DNA from: an uncultured beta proteobacterium
GTDB lineage: Bacteria > Pseudomonadota > Gammaproteobacteria > Burkholderiales > SG8-41
Direction: 5' to 3'
DNA length: 64,000 nucleotides
Assembly: GCA_903885665.1 (NCBI GenBank)
Contig: CAISJL010000117.1
Span: 3,479 to 67,478, forward strand
Shown: in pieces, positions 9,320-16,541 of the stretch
How positions within the stretch are numbered: position 1 is the first letter of the stretch
How the letters are laid out: the number at the start of each line of letters is the position of its first letter
The notes under the pieces: model-generated
Databases searched by the model: none
What the model was told of the DNA's origin: nothing
Seen by the model: only the letters and a program-made list of their open reading frames with translations
Program-made: the position numbers and the translations under genes

Positions 9320-10257
9320 CAGGTCTAGCAGTCGCACCTGTGCTTGATGCGACAGTCGCTATAGCTGAACCCAGTCAGAAATTATTACAGAGCTTTTTGC
9401 AGTATTTGCAATTTGAGCGGCGGCTCGCTACCCATACGGTCCTTAACTACGGACGCGATGTCAGCGCCTTGTTATCTCATGCCGCGACTCGCGCGCCAAC
9501 CGATTTAAATAGCCATGATATTCGACGCTGTATCAGCCAGTTGCATGGTCGCGGCCTAGATGGTCGCTCGCTGGCACGCATGTTGTCGGCGTGGCGCGGG
9601 TTTTATCACTATTTATCTCGTGACCATGGCTGTCAGCACAATCCCTGTTTAGGCATTCGCGCGCCCAAGCGCGGTAAACGCTTGCCGCAGGCTTTGTCTC
9701 CCGATGAGACGCGACAACTGGTCGAAGTGCAAGCAGAGGATGCGTTGGCGATACGCGATCGAGCGATCTTGGAGTTATTTTATTCTTCAGGCTTGCGACT
9801 GGCAGAGTTGGCGAATTTAGCCCCAGCAGATGTGAATCATGCGGATGCCACGGTCAGAGTTACCGGTAAGGGAAATAAGACGCGGCTGGTGCCTGTAGGT
9901 CGTCAGGCCTTGGCGGCATTAACCACCTGGGACGCGCAGCGTGCCTTAGTGCCAGGCGTGGATGCGCAAGCTTTGTTTGTGACGCTCAAGGGTCGTCGCC
10001 TCGGACCGCGTGCGATTCAACTGCGGGTGGCGCGGCGTGGCATGCAACAATCGGTAGTCGGTCGTGTGCATCCGCATATGTTACGCCACTCGTTTGCCTC
10101 CCATGTGTTGCAGTCGAGTGGGGACTTGCGTGCAGTGCAAGATATGCTAGGGCACGCCAGTATTTCAACCACACAAGTCTATACGCAATTAGATTTCCAA
10201 CATCTCGCAAAAACTTATGATGCAGCGCATCCGCGCGCTCGAAAGAAATCCGTATGA
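9316..10257 (+). CDS. xerC: Tyrosine recombinase XerC
   Basis: RDRAILELFYSSGLRLAEL, GKGNKTR, HPHMLRHSFASH, LGHASISTTQVY; dapF-DUF484-xerC synteny. Confidence 0.93.
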   Translation: MTGLAVAPVLDATVAIAEPSQKLLQSFLQYLQFERRLATHTVLNYGRDVSALLSHAATRAPTDLNSHDIRRCISQLHGRGLDGRSLARMLSAWRGFYHYLSRDHGCQHNPCLGIRAPKRGKRLPQALSPDETRQLVEVQAEDALAIRDRAILELFYSSGLRLAELANLAPADVNHADATVRVTGKGNKTRLVPVGRQALAALTTWDAQRALVPGVDAQALFVTLKGRRLGPRAIQLRVARRGMQQSVVGRVHPHMLRHSFASHVLQSSGDLRAVQDMLGHASISTTQVYTQLDFQHLAKTYDAAHPRARKKSV

Positions 10258-11441
10258 AACGCTTATACCTGCAGGCGGGGCGAGATAAATCCTTGCGCCG
10301 TCATCATCCATGGGTGTTTTCAGGGGGTGTGGCGCGGGTGGAGGGAGAGCCTGAACTGGGTGAGACGGTGACAATTTGCGCCGCTAATGGCGAGGTGTTA
10401 GCAACTGCAGCGTATAGCCCGCACTCTCAAATTCGCGCCCGTGTTTGGGCCTGGGGGGCGGTAGCGATTGACGCCGCTTTTATTGCAGAACGGATAGCAC
10501 GGGCGGTGGCAGTGCGTGCGATTGCAGTGCCTAGTCGTATTACTCAAGCGGTCAGGTTGGTGCATGGGGAGTCAGATGGTTTGCCAGGAGTGATTGCTGA
10601 TCGTTATGCCGATACGGTAGTCGTGCAATTATTGAGTGCAGGTGCTGAGCGCTGGCGGGGCGCGATTGCCGCGGCCTTGGCACAAGTGCCTGGCGTTGCG
10701 CGGGTGTTTGAGCGTTCGGATGCTGATGTGCGCGCGCTAGAAGGTTTGTCCTCGCAGATCGGATTGTTGATGGGGACTGCTTCCGGTGCGCCTGTTGTGG
10801 TGGAAGAGCATGGCTTGCAATATGCAATTGATATTGATGCCGGACACAAGACCGGGTTTTATCTCGATCAGCGGGACAACCGTTGGCGCTTGCGTGACTT
10901 AGCACGCGGTCAGACGGTCTTGGATTGTTTTTGTTATACCGGCGGTTTTGCGCGTAATGCCCGTGCGGGTGGTGCAGTGGCGGTTACCGCAGTCGATAGT
11001 TCTGCAGCAGCATTAGCCGTTGCCCAAGCGCAGGCTACACATGATCCGATTACAGCGCCTGCTATCGAGTGGTTAGAGGCAGATGTGTTTAAGACTTTAC
11101 GTGGGTATCGTGATGCCAATCGTCAATTTGGGGTGATTGTGCTAGACCCACCAAAATTTGCACCAACGGCTGCCCATGCTGATAAAGCGGCACGGGCTTA
11201 TAAGGATATTAATTTGTTGGCGTTTAAGTTGTTGGCGCCGGGCGGGGTGTTGATGACCTACTCCTGTTCGGGCGGTATTAGCCCAGACCTATTCCAAAAA
11301 ATTGTCGCCGGTGCGGCCTTAGATGCGGGTGTCGATGCCTGCATGGAAGGTGGGCTGCATGCAGCTGCTGACCATCCGGTTGCGCTACAGTTTCCTGAAG
11401 GTCAATATCTCAAGGGTTTGTTGTGTCGGGTGCGGATGTAG
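10254..11441 (+). CDS. rlmI: RlmI-like class I SAM-dependent 23S rRNA methyltransferase
   Basis: PUA-like N-terminus HPWVFSG, GHKTGFYLDQRDNR, LDCFCYTGGF, VLDPPKF, TYSCS, FPEGQYLKG. Confidence 0.88.
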   Translation: MKRLYLQAGRDKSLRRHHPWVFSGGVARVEGEPELGETVTICAANGEVLATAAYSPHSQIRARVWAWGAVAIDAAFIAERIARAVAVRAIAVPSRITQAVRLVHGESDGLPGVIADRYADTVVVQLLSAGAERWRGAIAAALAQVPGVARVFERSDADVRALEGLSSQIGLLMGTASGAPVVVEEHGLQYAIDIDAGHKTGFYLDQRDNRWRLRDLARGQTVLDCFCYTGGFARNARAGGAVAVTAVDSSAAALAVAQAQATHDPITAPAIEWLEADVFKTLRGYRDANRQFGVIVLDPPKFAPTAAHADKAARAYKDINLLAFKLLAPGGVLMTYSCSGGISPDLFQKIVAGAALDAGVDACMEGGLHAAADHPVALQFPEGQYLKGLLCRVRM

Positions 11442-11673
11442 GGTTTGTAGTAGAAGGATTGGGTGGCACGGGGTCGCAACCGCCCGCATGCCAGGGGTGA
11501 CATTTCGCGAGGCGTTTCAGCGTTAACCACAGCCCGCGTAGCGTGCCGTGTTGGATGATGGCTTCTAGTGCATACGCCGAGCATGTCGGATAGAAGCGAC
11601 AGTGCATACCAAAAAACGGCGAGAGCGCGAGGCGATAGCCTTGTATGAGTTTGATGCATAGTCGTTGGATCAT
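11410..11673 (-). CDS. yidD: Membrane protein insertion efficiency factor YidD
   Basis: LIQGYRLALSP, HCRFYPTCSAYA, RLAKCHPWHAGGCDPVP. The 3' end overlaps rlmI by 32 bp. Confidence 0.9.
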   Translation of the reverse strand: MIQRLCIKLIQGYRLALSPFFGMHCRFYPTCSAYALEAIIQHGTLRGLWLTLKRLAKCHPWHAGGCDPVPPNPSTTNPTSAPDTTNP

Positions 11674-11713
11674 GCGGGCTAGTATAACGCGCTCGGGTTG
11701 CGAGTATGTGGCC

Positions 11714-11744
11714 TTGACCTTGCGGACGGCAGCGAGGTTATAAT
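11714..11744 (+). promoter_or_regulatory. Sigma70-type promoter with a 19-bp spacer containing a dyad (MerR/CueR-like architecture)
   Basis: TTGACC-N19-TATAAT; ACCTTGC-N8-GCGAGGT imperfect inverted repeat overlaps the -35 and spacer. Confidence 0.5.
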
Positions 11745-11755
11745 AGACTGGCATC

Positions 11756-11770
11756 TGATGATAATCATCA
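11756..11770. promoter_or_regulatory. Perfect 7-1-7 palindrome, Fur-family box-like (or an RNA hairpin)
   Basis: TGATGAT-A-ATCATCA, one mismatch per half from the Fur 7-1-7 TGATAAT-N-ATTATCA; sits just after the predicted start site. Confidence 0.4.
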
Positions 11771-11878
11771 CGCTAGGGACTGCCCCGAAGCGGTAACCTT
11801 ACAAATAAAAAATAAGCACTAAAAATAAACACCGGAAATTTAGAAAATATATAACGACTTAATTTTATTGATATTTAA

Positions 11879-12295
11879 ATGCGCCTATTGAACCAACAAG
11901 ACATTCGGACCGACCGCAGCGGTGGCTTTGCCACCCTCTGGCGGATCTTGTTGATTGGCGCATTATTGCTCAGCCAGTATGGCGCGCTCAGTCATGCCTT
12001 AGCGCACGCTAGTCGCGCTGCGACGCGCGGTGTCGAGCAACTGGAGGGCGCAAGCCCGGTTGAGGTCGTGCGCAGTGTGGTGGAGTCTACGACTACATCG
12101 CCCTTATCAGCACCTATCAACGATTGGTGTGCGTTCGATGGCCTGTGGCTACAAGCGCTGGCTGGCTTATGTGTGGCCTTGTTGGTGTTCCAGGCGGTGG
12201 TGCGCGTAGCGACCCAAAATGCACCACTGATTTTGTTGTGGCTGCCTCAAAGCCATTGTCATTACCGTAGTCGGGGACCTCCACCCCGCATCTGA
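11879..12295 (+). CDS. DUF2946/CruR-like leader protein with RGPP arrest motif, CxxC-less variant
   Basis: N-terminal TM/signal, H39-x3-H43, C84-x2-D87, ends HCHYRSRGPPPRI; first gene before a TonB-dependent receptor. Confidence 0.7.
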   Translation: MRLLNQQDIRTDRSGGFATLWRILLIGALLLSQYGALSHALAHASRAATRGVEQLEGASPVEVVRSVVESTTTSPLSAPINDWCAFDGLWLQALAGLCVALLVFQAVVRVATQNAPLILLWLPQSHCHYRSRGPPPRI

Positions 12296-12418
12296 AATTG
12301 CGGATCACAATTCGTAGCTAGCGCTTGCCAGTGGTCAGGCGCTTGCTGATTTCAGTATGCAATTGCGGTTGTTTATTCGTCGTATAGAGACGAATAGCGA
12401 CCTATTTTGGAGATTAAA

Positions 12419-14560
12419 ATGTTGATTAAACAATCATGGCTGCTGCTGATCGCAGGGCTATTGACTACCCTCAGTCATGCACAAGAGCGCTCGATGGGGG
12501 TGCTGAGTCCTCAGCAGTCTAGGGCGAATACCGATCCTGCGGTGTTACCCGAAGTGGTGGTCACGGGCAATCCGTTGGGCAGTGAGTTGTTTGAGTTGGC
12601 GACCCCGTCGGCAGTGTTAAGTGGTACTGCCTTACAACTGCAACGGCGCTCAACCCTAGGCGATACTTTGCAGAATTTACCGGGAATGAGTGCTACGGGT
12701 TTTGGTCCGAACGCGAGTCGGCCAGTGATTCGTGGGCTCGATGGCGACCGTACGCATATTTTGCAAAATGGTGCGGGGGTGATTGATGCCTCCGCTTTAA
12801 GTGCCGATCACGCCGTTGCCCTCGATCCATTAGTGATGGAGCGGGCAGAAGTCGTGCGTGGGCCGGCGGCTTTGTTCTATGGCGGTAACGCTGTTGGTGG
12901 CGTAGTGAACGTGATTGACAATCGTATTCCACAAGCAGCCAATCAGGGGTTTTCAGGTCGTTTTGAAGCGCGCTACGGTGGTCCCGAACAAGAGCAGGCG
13001 CATGCAGTGGTGCTTGAGGGCGGTAGTGTAGAGGATCAAGGTGCGCAGTGGGCGCTTCATGCCGACGCTTATACCCGGTCAGCGGATGACTTGCGGATTA
13101 AAAACTACGCGCGCTCAGCGCGCCTGCGTGCGGCTGATCCGCAAAGCACTGAAACTCAATATCGCTTAACGAATAGCGCGGCTGCGGGTGAGGGGGGGGC
13201 AGTCGGGGTGTCTAGGGTCTGGGGTAGTGGCTATGTCGGGCTATCAGTGGCACAGTTTAATTCGCGCTACGGCACGGTGGCGGAGCCCACAGTCACTATC
13301 GATATGCAAAGCAGCCGTTTTGATGTAGCCGGTGAGGCGCGCGAGTTGGGTGGATTAGTCTCGGCGCTCAAATGGAAGGCGAGTGCAACCAACTACAATC
13401 ATCAAGAGCTCGATAGCGGCACAGTTGCGACAGTGTTCCGTAACAAGGGTCAGGAGTTGCAAGTCGAAGCACAGCATGCGCCGTGGCGAAATCTGAAAGG
13501 TGCGGTTGGTATGCAGGTTGCGCAAAACACTTTAACCGCCACTGGTGATGAGGCGTTTTTGCCCTCGACCCAAACCCAATCGCAAGCCTTGTTTCTGTTT
13601 GAGGAGCTCACTTTAGGCGCTTGGAAGTGGACGGCAGGTGTGCGCCAACAAAATAGCCGTATCAGCAGCGGTGGCGGTGGCGAGATTCCTTATGGCGAGA
13701 CGAGTGCACGTTTTGATCCGGCCATGACGCGGCGTTTTAATGGGAATAGTGCAGCGCTAGGTGCGGTCTGGACACTACAGCCGGGGTGGGCTGTGGCCGT
13801 GAATGGTGCATACACTGAGCGCGCACCGTCCCAAACCGAGTTGTTTGCCAATGGCCCGCATGTAGCCACCGGGTACTACGAAGTAGGCAATAGCGCGTTT
13901 GGTGTCGAGCGCTCGCGTGCGATCGATATCGCCTTGCGACGTAAAACAGAGGCCTACAGTGCCAGTGTCAGTGTGTTTCAGAATCGCTTTGCGGGGTTTA
14001 TTACCCAATACGCCAGTGGTAACACCCGCGGCACCGATGGTGAACTCAATCCGACAGCCAATGACAGCGGCGTGTCTTCTAATACGGGTGACGACATCCT
14101 GCCCGAGTCTGTGTATCGCGCGGTGCCGGCGCGGTTTCGTGGCGCTGAGTTAGAAGCGGGGTGGCGTGTGCCCTACTCGGGGGCGCAGATCGAGTTGCTG
14201 CCGCAGATCAGTTATGTCCAAGCCAGCGACTTGAGCACTGACGTGCCCTTGCCGCGGATTGCGCCATTACGTTATGGCATGGGTTTGAATTATCGGCTCG
14301 ATCGTTTGGGTGGGCGGGTTGATATAACCCGAGTATCGGCTCAGCATCGATTGGCAGCCAGTGAGTTGGCCACTGATGGCTATACGATGTTGAATATGGC
14401 CTTAACCTATAAGCTGCCGGCACCAGGGGCGCGGCTCGAAGGTTTTGTGCGTGGCGTGAATTTGTTGAATGCGGAAGCACGTAATCACGCCTCTATGCTA
14501 AAAGATGTAGCACCTATGGGTGGGCGTAGCGTGCAGTTCGGGGTGCGTGGTCAGTTCTAG
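12419..14560 (+). CDS. TonB-dependent outer membrane receptor, ZnuD-like
   Basis: Signal peptide, TonB box PEVVVTG, GFGPNASRPVIRG, DASALSADHAV, ELFANGPHVAT, C-terminal Phe. GGAG RBS before ATG 12419. Confidence 0.88.
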   Translation: MLIKQSWLLLIAGLLTTLSHAQERSMGVLSPQQSRANTDPAVLPEVVVTGNPLGSELFELATPSAVLSGTALQLQRRSTLGDTLQNLPGMSATGFGPNASRPVIRGLDGDRTHILQNGAGVIDASALSADHAVALDPLVMERAEVVRGPAALFYGGNAVGGVVNVIDNRIPQAANQGFSGRFEARYGGPEQEQAHAVVLEGGSVEDQGAQWALHADAYTRSADDLRIKNYARSARLRAADPQSTETQYRLTNSAAAGEGGAVGVSRVWGSGYVGLSVAQFNSRYGTVAEPTVTIDMQSSRFDVAGEARELGGLVSALKWKASATNYNHQELDSGTVATVFRNKGQELQVEAQHAPWRNLKGAVGMQVAQNTLTATGDEAFLPSTQTQSQALFLFEELTLGAWKWTAGVRQQNSRISSGGGGEIPYGETSARFDPAMTRRFNGNSAALGAVWTLQPGWAVAVNGAYTERAPSQTELFANGPHVATGYYEVGNSAFGVERSRAIDIALRRKTEAYSASVSVFQNRFAGFITQYASGNTRGTDGELNPTANDSGVSSNTGDDILPESVYRAVPARFRGAELEAGWRVPYSGAQIELLPQISYVQASDLSTDVPLPRIAPLRYGMGLNYRLDRLGGRVDITRVSAQHRLAASELATDGYTMLNMALTYKLPAPGARLEGFVRGVNLLNAEARNHASMLKDVAPMGGRSVQFGVRGQF

Positions 14561-14638
14561 CGGCGCGTGAGAGCCTGAGCACCGTATAATATCCATCATA
14601 AAAATCAGCAGCTTGTAGAGTATAGGCAACCAAGCAGT

Positions 14639-14746
14639 ATGAATCAACAGATGAAGCGTCAGAGTGCAGTTGGTGTTTCAGAGCAGACTACAGTGTGCGC
14701 CATGGGGTGTGGCGTAGCATTTTGTGCTGATTGTTGTAATGACTGA
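14639..14746 (+). CDS. Possible 35-aa Cys-rich small ORF overlapping the tonB start
   Basis: Hand translation MNQQMKRQSAVGVSEQTTVCAMGCGVAFCADCCND*; ATGACTGA overlap with the tonB ATG at 14739. No SD, below the ORF-track cutoff. Confidence 0.25.
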   Translation: MNQQMKRQSAVGVSEQTTVCAMGCGVAFCADCCND

Positions 14747-15500
14747 TTTGAACAGCATGCAGTTTGGATATTCATCGACAGCGATGCGGCGGGTGCAGTG
14801 CGGCTTATTGTTGAGTATCGCCGCGCATATGGTGGTGCTGACCTTGGCACCGGGTTGGTCTGTGACGCATTCACCACCAGGGTCAGCCTTAGCAGTGGTA
14901 TTGATGCCGCCGACATTAAAATCACCACCATCACCCCGAGCACTTCCTGCACCCACATTACCTTCATCGCCCCCATCATCTCTACCCCAACCATTACCAG
15001 TCAAAACGCCGTCGACATTGTCATCACCGTCATCACCACGGGTAATGCCAATGGCTAATCCGTCACTTGAAATACGTGCGGAGTCCAAGCTGGCTCTGGC
15101 AGTGACTGAATCGGCGGCTACGCCAAGCCATAGCGTACTGCCACCAGTCGCACGGGCCACCGCAGAGCCGCCGACAGTCGCAGCCTCACCCCCACTCAAG
15201 GCCGAAGCGGCGACACCGCCAGTATTTAATGCGGCATATTTGGGTAATACCGATGCGAAATATCCGTTGGCAGCGCGTCGTAATGGCGATGAGGGCAAGG
15301 TGATGTTGTTGGTCAAGGTCAGCGCTGAGGGTGTACCGGTGAAGGTCGACGTGTTTCAGAGTAGTGGGTTTCCAGCCTTAGACCGAGCCGCCTTAGACGC
15401 CGTGCGGGCTTGGCGTTTTGTGCCTGCACGTCAAAGTGGGAAAGCGGTAGAGGGTGAAGTGCGGGTGCCGGTTGTATTTCAATTGGGTGAGCGTGGCTAA
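14739..15500 (+). CDS. tonB: Energy transducer TonB
   Basis: N-terminal TM with SxxxH (SIAAH), Pro/Ser-rich linker, YPLAARRNGDEGKVML ... SSGFPALDRAALDAVRAWRFVPA. Start uncertain (14724-14784). Confidence 0.9.
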   Translation: MTDLNSMQFGYSSTAMRRVQCGLLLSIAAHMVVLTLAPGWSVTHSPPGSALAVVLMPPTLKSPPSPRALPAPTLPSSPPSSLPQPLPVKTPSTLSSPSSPRVMPMANPSLEIRAESKLALAVTESAATPSHSVLPPVARATAEPPTVAASPPLKAEAATPPVFNAAYLGNTDAKYPLAARRNGDEGKVMLLVKVSAEGVPVKVDVFQSSGFPALDRAALDAVRAWRFVPARQSGKAVEGEVRVPVVFQLGERG

Positions 15501-15559
15501 GCCTATGTGACTTAGCCTGCCGTCAATACATTTGACTTGCGTCACAATCCACGGTTAGC

Positions 15560-15958
15560 ATGCCCCCCATGAAATGGTTTTCGTATCGTCGCTCTGTTGT
15601 AGGCATGGCGCTATTGGCGTTCATGTTTGCCTTAGCCCACCCCTTGCTCGTACAAGCCCGACAGGCTTGGGACCCGTTGTTAGATGTTACTGTGTGTCGG
15701 GTCGTGGTATCTGATCAAAATGGTAGTGCTACAGCTAATTCAAGCCAAACGCCTACCGACACTCAGCCTGCATCGCTAACTGCTGGTCATTGTGCATGGT
15801 GCTTGACCAGTGTGGCAGTGCCACCTGTCGCGCCCATCTTGGTCAATGGACTGACTCTCGACCCTATTCCCGCACCATCGCCACCAGCATCGATTATTGT
15901 GCTGCGTGTGCATGCGGCCTTGCAGCCGCTCAATCCACGCGCCCCCCCGCGCGGCTAA
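15560..15958 (+). CDS. DUF2946 / CruR-like copper-responsive leader protein
   Basis: N-terminal hydrophobic segment, VC46, H77-C78-A-W-C81, Pro-rich stretch, C-terminal PRAPPRG. Confidence 0.82.
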   Translation: MPPMKWFSYRRSVVGMALLAFMFALAHPLLVQARQAWDPLLDVTVCRVVVSDQNGSATANSSQTPTDTQPASLTAGHCAWCLTSVAVPPVAPILVNGLTLDPIPAPSPPASIIVLRVHAALQPLNPRAPPRG

Positions 15959-16055
15959 CCCGCTCTCCTCGGTTTGTGCCAGTTGCATGCGTGCTGGCTG
16001 GCGTGCCTATTACGGCACTACATTTTAATTAAATACTTGATTTAAAAGGATAAAT

Positions 16056-16541
16056 ATGAAATTTTTCCGAGTGATTCTATGGACGCTGGTTAGCGCTATT
16101 TTGCTTGTAATGGTGAGCGGTGTGCGGGCGGCTGAGATCAGCGTGAAAGACGTCTGGATTCGCGCCACTGTGCCGGGACAATCTGCTACAGGAGCATTTA
16201 TGGCCTTAAGTAGTCATACCACGGTGCGCTTGGTTGGCGTTAGCAGCCCGATTGCCGGGCGTGCTGAAGTGCATCAGATGCGCTTGGAACAAGGCGTGAT
16301 GAAGATGCAAGCCATCCCCGCCCTAGAAGTACCTGCAGGTCAGACTGTGCAGTTAGCACCAGGTGCTTATCACGTGATGTTGATGCGTTTGTCCAAGCCG
16401 GTAGAGGCAGGTGCGCAAATCCCCATGCAATTGACTTTTGAGTTGGCCAATCAAAAACGTCAAACCGTTGAGGTGACTGCAACAGTGCGAGCTTTGAACG
16501 CTCAGAGAGGTGGAGATCATGGGCAACATCACAATCATTAA
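16056..16541 (+). CDS. Periplasmic copper chaperone PCu(A)C
   Basis: VWIRATVPG, EVHQM-x-GVMKM ... PGAYHVMLM (H(M)x10Mx21HxM type), His-rich tail HGQHHNH. Confidence 0.92.
   Translation: MKFFRVILWTLVSAILLVMVSGVRAAEISVKDVWIRATVPGQSATGAFMALSSHTTVRLVGVSSPIAGRAEVHQMRLEQGVMKMQAIPALEVPAGQTVQLAPGAYHVMLMRLSKPVEAGAQIPMQLTFELANQKRQTVEVTATVRALNAQRGGDHGQHHNH

Noticed and set aside
9316-10257. Tyrosine recombinase as a mobile-element integrase
   Set aside because: Size, motifs and dapF-DUF484 context identify chromosomal XerC; no att repeats seen.
14678-15316. 212-aa Gly/Asp-rich minus-strand ORF
   Set aside because: Antisense shadow of the Pro/Ser-rich tonB linker.
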